NCBI GenBank assembly: GCA_964655705.1
Contig: CAZZPP010000001.1
Location: 9,207-58,123, forward strand
Direction of reading: 5' to 3'
Origin: an uncultured Candidatus Saccharibacteria bacterium
GTDB taxonomy: Bacteria; Patescibacteriota; Dojkabacteria; SC72
Length of the DNA: 48,917 nt
The position numbers and the translations under genes were made by a program. Shown here in pieces: positions 36,930 to 46,500 of this stretch (the first letter of the stretch is position 1; every line of letters starts with the position of its first letter). The notes below the pieces were generated by a model. That model was not told where the DNA came from, did no database searches, and worked only from the letters and a program-made list of their open reading frames with translations.

Positions 36930-37945
36930 GTAATTTTAGCAATAAAAAAGCCCATCATCTCTGAAGATGGAAGTATTCTAATACTCTTTTTAACTGAAGG
37001 ATGATACACATTCCCACTCCAATTTGTAATTCCCTTGGTAATATGTTTTCTATACTCTCTAAACTCATCAGTAGAGATTAACTCAATCTCCTCCACTTGA
37101 GCATTGGGATGTCTTTTTAAAAGTGAAGTTACAACTCTTTCATTCTCTTCTGGTTCAAGTGTACAGGTAGAATATACTAGTATCCCTCCGGTTTTTAATG
37201 TTCTAAAAGCTGACTCAACCAATTCTTCCTGAATTAAAGCACTACTCTTTACTTTCTTTATACTCCAGAATCTCAAAGGTTTGGGACCACGCATATATAT
37301 TCTACCCTCACCACTACAAGGGGCATCCAAAAGAACTTTGTCAAAATAGTCAGGGTATTTTCTCCCAAACTCTCTGGCATCACTTAGGGTGATTTTTACC
37401 TTATTTGCACCAAACTGTTCAATTACATTCCTAAGAGAATTAGTACGACTAACTTCTAATTCGTTTGCTAAGATAATGGCATCATTCTTAGTTATATCTG
37501 CAATATGTGTAGTTTTACTACCAGGGGCTGCACACATATCTAAAATTCTTTCCCTCTTCATTGGAGATAGTACTAAAGTAGCAAGGATACTAGAGAGATC
37601 CTGTATGTAAAAAAGTCCTTCTTGATACTCGGCTATTTGAGATATTTCTGCTTTGTCCCTGTTATTTACAAAGTAGGTATTTAAAGCCCAAGGTATTCTT
37701 TCTAATTCATAGCCTCTAGCTCTAAGTAATCGATATGTTTCTCTTACATCTCCCTTTAAACCATTTAAACGTATGGTAGTTTTTGCTCTTTGATTAAACA
37801 GTCCTAGTATCTTCGATTTAGGGATCATTAATATACTTGCCATCCTAGATATGAAAATATCATCCTTAGTAAAGTACTTCTCTTTTCTCTCGGTATTCAT
37901 ATTTCTTGGTTTTTTGTAATTACTCCTTGTTCTCTTTCTTCCCAT
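36920..37945 (-). CDS. RsmB/RsmF/NOP2-family m5C rRNA methyltransferase
   Basis: YIQDLSS, ILDMCAAPGSKT, DAPCSGEG, LVYSTCT..PEENE. Confidence 0.93.
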   Translation of the reverse strand: MGRKRTRSNYKKPRNMNTERKEKYFTKDDIFISRMASILMIPKSKILGLFNQRAKTTIRLNGLKGDVRETYRLLRARGYELERIPWALNTYFVNNRDKAEISQIAEYQEGLFYIQDLSSILATLVLSPMKRERILDMCAAPGSKTTHIADITKNDAIILANELEVSRTNSLRNVIEQFGANKVKITLSDAREFGRKYPDYFDKVLLDAPCSGEGRIYMRGPKPLRFWSIKKVKSSALIQEELVESAFRTLKTGGILVYSTCTLEPEENERVVTSLLKRHPNAQVEEIELISTDEFREYRKHITKGITNWSGNVYHPSVKKSIRILPSSEMMGFFIAKITKK

Positions 37946-38673
37946 TATATTTCCCCCTTTAAATATTTAATTATACTTGAAATTACTAAACCAGCAGTTT
38001 CAGTCCTAAGGATATTCCCTTCTAACTTTATGAATGTAAAACGATTTTTCTCAAAAAATACTAAATCTTTACTACTCCATCCCCTCTCTGGTCCAATTGC
38101 AATTAAGAAAGATTCTTTGACATCAATCCCCTGTAAATATTTCTTTAGACTCACACTATTACTATTTTCTGTTGAGAGACAGATTCTGTTTTTAGAGTTA
38201 GTAATTTCTAAATCTTGTAATTTAAGAGGTTTCTCAACAATCAAGGGTTTAGTATTTCGAGATTGCTCTACTGCATCTTTAACAATCTTTTTCCAGAGAC
38301 CGTATTCTTTAAGGGCTTTGTTTCTAGTTACTGTGGAATACTGAGACTCTACAGGCAAAATCATATCTACCCCTATTTCTACGGATTTCTCTAGTAAGAA
38401 GTTAAACTTCTCTTTTCCTATCAATGACTGTATTAAACATATATCTAGAGTATCAGGGATCTCTTTCTCTGAAATTCTTTCTACAATTTCTACCTCTACA
38501 GAGCTACTACTAATATCGGTAATTACTCCTAAAAAAAGTGCTTCATATGTTTCAATTTCAATGAAATTCTCTGGTTTTAACCTATGTTGATTAATGACTA
38601 ATTCGCTATCTGAATCTGACAGATGTAGAGTGTCATTAATACTTAGTTTGTGTTTTACAAAAAATCTATTCAT
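37945..38673 (-). CDS. rsmE: 16S rRNA m3U1498 methyltransferase
   Basis: MNRFFV, LLEKSVEIGV, AVEQS, IAIGPERG, LEGNILRTETA. Confidence 0.92.
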   Translation of the reverse strand: MNRFFVKHKLSINDTLHLSDSDSELVINQHRLKPENFIEIETYEALFLGVITDISSSSVEVEIVERISEKEIPDTLDICLIQSLIGKEKFNFLLEKSVEIGVDMILPVESQYSTVTRNKALKEYGLWKKIVKDAVEQSRNTKPLIVEKPLKLQDLEITNSKNRICLSTENSNSVSLKKYLQGIDVKESFLIAIGPERGWSSKDLVFFEKNRFTFIKLEGNILRTETAGLVISSIIKYLKGEI

Positions 38674-38687
38674 TACTGATTATATCA
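38671..38687 (-). promoter_or_regulatory. Extended -10 promoter directly upstream of rsmE (leaderless-type)
   Basis: TG-A-TATAAT, 5 nt, ATG. Confidence 0.62.
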
Positions 38688-38693
38688 TTTAAC

Positions 38694-38723
38694 TTGACAT
38701 ATATTAGTAAAGACAATCATAAT
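38694..38723 (+). promoter_or_regulatory. Sigma70 promoter for 38759-39052
   Basis: TTGACA-18-CATAAT. Confidence 0.6.
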
Positions 38724-38758
38724 TGTATGTATATATATTAAATTAAGAGAGAAAAAAG

Positions 38759-39052
38759 ATGGATCAGATACCTAGTGTATTTTGGATGATAGTTATTAGT
38801 GTGTTAACAATTTTTCTAAGCTATGCTCTTTACCATTTAGCTATGTTGCTTAATGAGTCAAGGAGTACGGTGTCTCAATTAAAAATCACGCTCAAGGAAG
38901 TTAATGGTATAGTCTCAGAAGTATCATCAATGATTGATGGTATAAAGACGCCGGTTTCTCAAATAACTGGAGTAGTTCAAAGAGTCTCTTCTGCTTTTAG
39001 CGTAGTATCTGGAATAATGGATGGATTTAAATCAGGGAAAAAGGATGATTAA
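38759..39052 (+). CDS. Small TM plus coiled-coil protein (DUF948/YoxC-like)
   Basis: N-terminal TM followed by heptad-like V/I repeats. Confidence 0.6.
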   Translation: MDQIPSVFWMIVISVLTIFLSYALYHLAMLLNESRSTVSQLKITLKEVNGIVSEVSSMIDGIKTPVSQITGVVQRVSSAFSVVSGIMDGFKSGKKDD

Positions 39053-39056
39053 GTCG

Positions 39057-39094
39057 TTGATATTGTTCCTACTACTTAGTATTATGGATAAATG
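39057..39094 (+). promoter_or_regulatory. Promoter for the 39092-47403 cluster (leaderless-type)
   Basis: TTGATA-17-TATTAT, 6 nt, ATG. Confidence 0.62.
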
Positions 39095-40696
39095 AATTTA
39101 ACTCCACATCAGAAGAGACAGTTGAGGTTTGTAATAGTACTTGTTATTGGTATACCTTTAACAGTATTTGCCCTTTACAAAGGGGTCCAACTTTTAATAA
39201 ATGCAAGTGGAGATGCTACACCTCAAGAGGTTGTGGTATCAAATCTTACTACTAGTTCTTTGACTGTAAGTTGGGTAACCGAGAAGGCTGTTGATGGTTA
39301 TGTTATTCCTGTCTTAAATGGTACAGAACAAAATCCCGTATTAGACAAGAGAGGCAGTGGAAAGAGAGAATCTCACTATGTAGTATTGAAGAGTTTAGAG
39401 CCTTCTTCAGAGTACTCCTTTATACTGGTTTCAGATAATGAGAAATATACACAGGGTAGTAGTGGTACTTACAAGTTTACTACTGCTCCCATAGGGGAGG
39501 ATACTCCTGTTCCTAACCCAGTGTATGGTACTGTAACTGGTTCAAATGCACAGGAATCCATTATATATGTAATGTTTAAAGACAAAAGTGTATACCCAGT
39601 ATCTACTGATGTACCTGAGAATGGTAATTGGATTGTAGAACTTTCATCTTTTAGGAGTATATCTGATATGGGTTTAATTAGAACAACAGATAGTACACAG
39701 TTAATAGTAATTGCAAGAAATGGTTTGAATCAAGCTGGTGTAATAGAGGGTAGCTATTCTGAACTTTTTAACAAAAGTGGTCAATTAAATAGTGATTTGG
39801 TATTAGCAGATGTGGCAGTTAACGAAATTACTTCGTATTTCCCTAACCAAACATTACTAGGGAATGCATCAGTAACACCTGATCCTGTACCACAGCCGGA
39901 ACCACAAGCAAAACCAACTCCTAAACCAGTTCCGTCTGTACCAATCTCTACTAAATATATTGTTAGACAGGATGTTCCTTGGGAGGATTTAAGTAATGCT
40001 AGGGTTGGGACCCTAGATCTTACTACTGGTGAAGATAGTGTAGTCATTGTTAACTTAACAGATACCAACTTCGTAGTTGCATGGAGGTCAAGAGAAAAAG
40101 AACAAGGATATATTAAATATGGGCTATCTAAAGAGGTGTTAGATAGTGAAATGAAAGATTCAAGAGATTCTCTAACAGTTAAGGGCGATTATTATTCCCA
40201 CTATATTGAAAGTGGAAGACTAAAACCAGATACAACATATTACTTTGAAATATATTCTGGTGATAGTAAATATGATAATAATGGGAGTAAGTATACCATT
40301 ACTACGTACTCAACACTCTCCTCTGCTCCACCTCTTGATACTCGTGGTGGTACCTTAATTAATTCCTCTGATCCTTCTGATTGGGTCTTGGTATTTCAAC
40401 TAATTGATAATGATGGTGTTGGTACATCTGATTCTTCTGGATATATTGCTACAATACCAGATTTGGATGGGTCTTGGATACTAGTTGTCGGTGATGCTAG
40501 GAGTTCTGATGGTTCATCATACTTCACCTTCTCTCAAGATGATATCTTACAAGCCTCTTTCTTAGGAGCTCAGGGAAACACCTTTGATTTTAATCTAGGA
40601 CAGAATGATATACAATTAGATGTTAGTAAATTAGGTGGTGGAGTAAGAACAAGAGTTGATTTACTCACAGATTATGGAATAGTTGATTTACAATAG
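39092..40696 (+). CDS. Membrane-anchored protein with two tandem FN3-like plus beta-sandwich modules
   Basis: Repeated V.V.NLT...V.W..SHY....L.P...Y.F.I.S...KY and G.W.....RS motifs; Pro-rich linker. Confidence 0.78.
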   Translation: MNLTPHQKRQLRFVIVLVIGIPLTVFALYKGVQLLINASGDATPQEVVVSNLTTSSLTVSWVTEKAVDGYVIPVLNGTEQNPVLDKRGSGKRESHYVVLKSLEPSSEYSFILVSDNEKYTQGSSGTYKFTTAPIGEDTPVPNPVYGTVTGSNAQESIIYVMFKDKSVYPVSTDVPENGNWIVELSSFRSISDMGLIRTTDSTQLIVIARNGLNQAGVIEGSYSELFNKSGQLNSDLVLADVAVNEITSYFPNQTLLGNASVTPDPVPQPEPQAKPTPKPVPSVPISTKYIVRQDVPWEDLSNARVGTLDLTTGEDSVVIVNLTDTNFVVAWRSREKEQGYIKYGLSKEVLDSEMKDSRDSLTVKGDYYSHYIESGRLKPDTTYYFEIYSGDSKYDNNGSKYTITTYSTLSSAPPLDTRGGTLINSSDPSDWVLVFQLIDNDGVGTSDSSGYIATIPDLDGSWILVVGDARSSDGSSYFTFSQDDILQASFLGAQGNTFDFNLGQNDIQLDVSKLGGGVRTRVDLLTDYGIVDLQ

Positions 40697-40704
40697 GGTA
40701 ATCT

Positions 40705-42066
40705 ATGAAAGATGTTTTTGAGAAATTAAAACCAATATTACTATTATTGTCCATGTCATTGGTTTCTTTTGGTATTGTATGGGTAGTGAATCAGTTTAAG
40801 TATAGCAACAAGCCTGTTGTAGTAAGTGCACCTGTTTTACAATCCCCACCCGAACAACAAGAAGAGAGTATGCCTCTAATGGAGGATACGTCAGAACTTT
40901 TAGAGGTACCCCAAGAAAACGAGTACGATGAATATGTTCTCTCAGAGTTAGATGAGTCTGAGGTTAAGGGTGCTGCTCAGTGTAAAAACATTGAGACCTT
41001 TACAGACATTAAATCATCTTCCATATGTATTAGAGAGTTTGAGGACAAGGGGGAAGTAGATTTTGGTGATGGGGAGGCTGTTTCAGGTACATTAGTGAGG
41101 AAGGAAGCTCAAGTAGAGTTAACTAAAGTTACTGTTCCTTTAGAACTGTACTCAGGGGTAGAGGTCGCAGACTCCAACAGATTAATAACTAAAGAGACTC
41201 CTACACTTAAACCAGCTGGTGAACAGGTGGACGATCTTTCTGGGAATGTTCAGATGCCTCCTAATGTACAGGTTGGTACAAAATTAACTTGGGATGAAGA
41301 GAAACCTTTTAAATCTAGTTATGGAGTTGGTTTTGCAAGTGCACCTGATACTTTTACAGAAAGTGGGGATGTTGGAGTTGAAACAGAATTGGGTAATCAG
41401 TGTGATGATGATATGTATAACAATGTTTCAAATGTTAACCCAAGTAGGTCAAATGCCATATTTAAGTTTCTGAATAATACATATTACAGATTTCCTAATG
41501 AAGTATTGGATATAACTGAAGAGACTGCTGCAGAGGAGTGTTCTGATTCTGATACTTTCATAGTTTGGGATAAGAGGGAATATATTGCATGTAGGGCTAG
41601 TTTAGTTACTCAGACGGTTGAGTTTTTCAAGGATATTGTACTCTGGTGGGAGGAATTTGATAACAAGAGGTATTGTGAAGCAAATCCTGATGAGTGTATG
41701 GATACTGAAGACATTATCGTGATGATGACCTCAACTTTTGGATCAGATACAGAATGTACAGATGAGGAAGGGAGTGCATGTACTAATGCATATATGAATA
41801 CTAGAAACAGGGTAGTACTTCCACCAAATGCAGATATGGGTGGTAAACAGTATTTTCTTACTCCATGCAAAGCTAAAGTTAAGGGAGCTCGTGGAGAACA
41901 GGATGTCCAGTGTGCTTGGGATATGTCACATCTGTTTAAAGAGAGAAAAGTAAATGAATATGACGATACACCTAATACTGAGTTTACTCCTTCTGAGGAG
42001 GAATATGAGGAGTTCCTTAAAGAAGAGGTACAGGGTACTAGGGGTACTGAAAGATTAATACAGTAA
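40705..42066 (+). CDS. Membrane-anchored acidic Cys-rich hypothetical protein
   Basis: N-terminal TM, SEVKGA motif, about a dozen Cys mostly in the C-terminal half. Confidence 0.75.
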   Translation: MKDVFEKLKPILLLLSMSLVSFGIVWVVNQFKYSNKPVVVSAPVLQSPPEQQEESMPLMEDTSELLEVPQENEYDEYVLSELDESEVKGAAQCKNIETFTDIKSSSICIREFEDKGEVDFGDGEAVSGTLVRKEAQVELTKVTVPLELYSGVEVADSNRLITKETPTLKPAGEQVDDLSGNVQMPPNVQVGTKLTWDEEKPFKSSYGVGFASAPDTFTESGDVGVETELGNQCDDDMYNNVSNVNPSRSNAIFKFLNNTYYRFPNEVLDITEETAAEECSDSDTFIVWDKREYIACRASLVTQTVEFFKDIVLWWEEFDNKRYCEANPDECMDTEDIIVMMTSTFGSDTECTDEEGSACTNAYMNTRNRVVLPPNADMGGKQYFLTPCKAKVKGARGEQDVQCAWDMSHLFKERKVNEYDDTPNTEFTPSEEEYEEFLKEEVQGTRGTERLIQ

Positions 42067-42096
42067 TTAATTTAGTTAATTTTATATCTATACAAT

Positions 42097-43581
42097 ATGG
42101 GTATTTCTAAAAAAATATATTTAAATATTCTTAGTATAAAGGGTATTACTCAGAGGAAGAGTTTTAAGATCTCTTTTATGACCATTATGACTTTTCTAAT
42201 GTTTTTCATGACATTCAACTCCTATGCACAAGAAGAAACAATTTCTCCTGATTGGTCTGGGACACAGGAGTTCTGTAATAATATCAGTGGGGTAAAAGAT
42301 GGTAAGCAAGACAATGTCGTAACAGGTAATTGCACACATGTTGAGGCCGGTGCATGGACTGCAGCAGTCCTATTAGATCCTTCGGTTTCACCAGACTATG
42401 TAACTGTTCTAGACAATCCTAGAATACCTAGTGACTTGAAAGCAGGGTTAATTGGTTTAGCTGATAGTGCAGGTACTGCCTTGTATGCTAACTATCCTCT
42501 AATTAATATCCCACAACATTTAGCACAACGATGGGTTCCTGGATATGAAGATAGTACAACATCTTTGTATGCTGCTGAATCTCATCCAAGTGGTTATTCC
42601 GTATTATCAGATTCAGGTATTGCCGGCTTATGGACTAGAACATTAAATCTTTCCTACCTTTTCTTTGTAGTGGTAATGATTGTTGCAGGTTTCATGATTA
42701 TGTTCAGACACAAACTGGGAGGACAAACAATGGTTACATTAGCAAATGTATTACCCAGAGTAATTTCTGCTTTAATATTTGCAACTTTTAGTTTTGCCAT
42801 AGCGGGACTAGTTATTGATTTGGGTGGAATAGTAATGAATCTAATTGCTTACATATATGAGGGGGTTGAATTAAATTCAATTTCAAAAGTATCGACCTTA
42901 ATGGCAAGTGTATTGAATACCAAAGCATGGACACTAACTGGTGCTGGTGGTTTGACAGCATATGTTTTTTCGGGATTGGGCTTGAAAGCTATTACCGCGA
43001 AGGCGGTAGCAGCAGGTGCAGCGGCTACAGGATTCTTGCCATTTCTCTTAGGTGCTGTTGGAGCAGTCGGCATTATTGCATTGATTCTTGCAGTAGTTAT
43101 TTTAGGTATTTTCTTCGTTGGTGCTTTGAAGGTAATAATTACTCTGTTTAAGGCATATATCCAACTATTACTTGCCGTTATCTTAGGACCCATACAAATA
43201 ACATTGGGTGCGCTCCCAGGGTCTTCTCATGCAATTAAGAATTGGCTATTAAGTATTCTGAGAAACGTTATGGTGTTTCCTGTAGTTTTTGCTATTGTTA
43301 ATTTACCAAACGCTCTTGCTGCTTCAGATAAAATACTTGTAAGTTTTCCAGGGAAATTAGTAAATGAGGATCCTTCAGCATATTATCCAGAGGGTGTAGA
43401 TGCAAATTCAGGGTTTTTCATTTTAGTAATGAAAATATTTGTTCTGTACTTTGCTGCTCAAGCACCTAAATTCTTGGAGAAGTGGTTCCCACCTGATTCA
43501 TCTAGAGCAATGCAAGAAGGGTACAAACAGACTAAAGATAGTTTGCAAAAGATTCCACTTGTAGGAGGTATGTTTAAATAA
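42097..43581 (+). CDS. VirB6/TrbL-like polytopic membrane protein
   Basis: Signal (SYA^Q), W....NLSY.FFVVV.IVAGFMIMFR..LPRVI.AL..ATFSFAI.GL.ID, AYIQLLL.VILGP, W...IL.N..VFP, ending KIPLVGG. Confidence 0.72.
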   Translation: MGISKKIYLNILSIKGITQRKSFKISFMTIMTFLMFFMTFNSYAQEETISPDWSGTQEFCNNISGVKDGKQDNVVTGNCTHVEAGAWTAAVLLDPSVSPDYVTVLDNPRIPSDLKAGLIGLADSAGTALYANYPLINIPQHLAQRWVPGYEDSTTSLYAAESHPSGYSVLSDSGIAGLWTRTLNLSYLFFVVVMIVAGFMIMFRHKLGGQTMVTLANVLPRVISALIFATFSFAIAGLVIDLGGIVMNLIAYIYEGVELNSISKVSTLMASVLNTKAWTLTGAGGLTAYVFSGLGLKAITAKAVAAGAAATGFLPFLLGAVGAVGIIALILAVVILGIFFVGALKVIITLFKAYIQLLLAVILGPIQITLGALPGSSHAIKNWLLSILRNVMVFPVVFAIVNLPNALAASDKILVSFPGKLVNEDPSAYYPEGVDANSGFFILVMKIFVLYFAAQAPKFLEKWFPPDSSRAMQEGYKQTKDSLQKIPLVGGMFK

Positions 43582-43592
43582 TTGAATAATAT

Positions 43593-46500
43593 ATGCCTAA
43601 GGGAAGAACAAAGAAAAACTATGATGCATTAGGAAGTATATTTGATTTCATCTTTCAAGAAGCAGAAAAGCCTGTAGACAAAAGGAGGCCTGTTCCACCT
43701 ACGGGTATATCTGCTGAGGGAGAATTTAGTGATGCCCTAATATCTACCTTAGAAAAACCAGGTGCTTTCGTTTCAAATACATTAATAAAGGAGTTTAATG
43801 ATGCACTAGATGTTAAGTTGCTTAGTCTAGATTTTAATAATCAGGGGAAGATAAACATATCTGCAAACAATATTGTGGATGTAATTAGAGATCCTGGTGC
43901 ATTTGTTGACAAGGCTATACAAAGAGCTAAGACAGATAGAAAAGCCTCTAGGGTAAGATTCTTAGGTGAGGCAATGGATGATTTCTTGATTACTTCCTGG
44001 GCACATAAATATGGTGATACAGAAGCAAGGGAGATTGCACTTGCAAATGCTTCTGCTAATCAAGATATTAGGAAAGAACGTCACAAGATATCTAGGGCCA
44101 TTGGTCAGAGTGTAAGATATTCTCCCGAGACTCAGTTTCTTAATTCTGACTTTATTATTGACAGAAGTATAGAATTAATTGGAAGACGTACTTTTGGAAG
44201 TAATTGGGATACTCTTTCAGAGAGCCAAAAGAGTGAATTTAGCAATTTACTTTCGGGATCTGGTCCCTTATCAAGCATTACTCGGTCAGAGATAGAGTTA
44301 GATAAATTTGTTTCTGGTCAAAAAAAGTATTCGGAGAATCCTTCTGTTGCTGACGTACAGAAGTACTTAGTTAAAAATTTTGGGAAAAAAGAAGCACAGG
44401 CTTTTGCTAGAGCTGTGGATTATTCGAATCCAAAACAATCTGTAGATATTTCTGACCCTCAATTGTATAAATCTCTAGAAAGAAATCATTTAGCCGGGAA
44501 AATAGGTGCTTTGGGGAATCCTGCAGTTGGAACAGATGATTACAAAAAGAAGTTGATGTATCAAAAGAATCTTAATTTTGTAAATCTTCAGACAAGAGAT
44601 CAGATTAGAGATTTAAAGGAGAAAATAAATGATATTAAGGAGTTAGCAAAAAAAAAGAGGATGGAGCAAACCATTGCTGATGAAGAAATAGCTAAGATAC
44701 AGAAAGCCATTGATGATGGAGAAACTGCTCTTAGATTTATGGGTGGGAAAATGCACAATATCGTAAATGTAACAGGAAGGTTAGAAGGATATCTAAACTC
44801 TCTCAATACTGTTTGGGGAGGAGTAATGGGTGCTCCCAATTTAATATCGAGTATTTTAAATGGAGACTTCTTTGATTCAAGGAAGAACACTTGGAATAAT
44901 CCTGTTGAAGAAAAAGCGGTTACTGATTCAGTAATAATATATATGGCTAAATATACTAAAGGTAGAACTTTTTCAAATGCATATAACAAGATAGGAGAAA
45001 CCGTGTATTATTTAACTCCTAGGTCCATAATGAGAACGTTCTTTTTCAATGGAGAGGGATTTGCCTTACTAATGAGAAAGAGATTAAATTTTTTAGAGGA
45101 TTCTAAAATCTTTGATCTGATGAGAATAGATGGTAATATAGGTGGCAAAAAAATGACTTCAGATGATATTTTAAAGATATACTCTCAGTCGCCCGCAGAA
45201 GTTAAAAAATTTGTTGAGAAGCAACTAGATTTTTTTAAATCACGTCTTACTGACAAGCAATACAAGCAATTAGAAAAACTATTGAAGAGTTCATCAAGAT
45301 ATCATGGACTATTTCATTTCTTTGGAAGACCTGCAAGATTCAAAGCTGCATTAGACAAACTTGTGCAAAAAAGAGCAAGAAGGATAAGGGCGAGATTACT
45401 TAGGGTATTTACTAAGAACAAAAGAATCAGGGAATGGTTAGTTAAAAAGGGTGTACTAAAACTTTTTGGTACATGGGTTGCCAAGGGAGGGGTAAAGAAT
45501 TTAGTTAAGGCCTTTGTTACTACCATCATGGGTGCTTTAGGTCAAACGCTTACACCTGTTGGCAGTATAATAGTTTCAGCACTAACATGGGTATTAACAG
45601 ATTTAATAATGAAACTTACTAAATTTGCAATGCAAATTGCTATATGGATGATGTGGGGATTTATAGCTATAGCAGTCCTTATCTTCTCTGGAGGTCTTTC
45701 ACTTTCTAGAAAATCAAATAAAAGGGCATTTTCATATAACTATGTACCACCTAATGCAGTAAATAAGTGTATGCCAATGAGTCCTCTCGATGACCCAGAA
45801 ACCCCTATTCCCATTATTGGATCTTGTATTCTTGGAGAGGGATATATTCCTTGCTCACAAGGTTGGGATATCAACGCTTCTTGGAGTAACCAGATATGTT
45901 TTAGTCATAACTATCCAGGTATGCATGTTGATTTAACTAATGTTTCGTATATCTATGCACCTGATTTTTGTGATGATTCTGGTTCGGAGTGTAGAATAGT
46001 TAGCTCAACACCCTGGTATTGTGGAACAGATGGGAAATATGCGGGAGATGAGATAGTATTTTCTTTCCAAACAGGGGAGTATACATTTACTTTTAATTTT
46101 CTGCATGTAAAACTTCTACCTGGATTCTCTGCGGGAAGTAGTTTGTCGAGTGGTGCATTTGCCTATGTGCAAGGTAGTGATGAAATTGATAGTGGGAACT
46201 GTTGGAGTGGAAAGCATTTACATATTGAGTATGGGAAAGTGAATGGTACGGCTGTCAGCCCACTAGATTTGTTACTTGCTTTTGATTGTGATGTTCCCGA
46301 AGACGTATCTCAGTGTGCAAGTTGTAATGGTGGTGGTGGTGAGGTAGATCTTCCATTTATTGATCTCCCAGAAAGTGGAGAGAATCCATATGCACAATCG
46401 ATTACCTCAAGTGCAAGTCAAATAACAGGATTTTTAGGAAAAGGATATTGGAATTTCTACAACAAACCGCTACCTGCTATGCCACAAAACTACTCTCATC

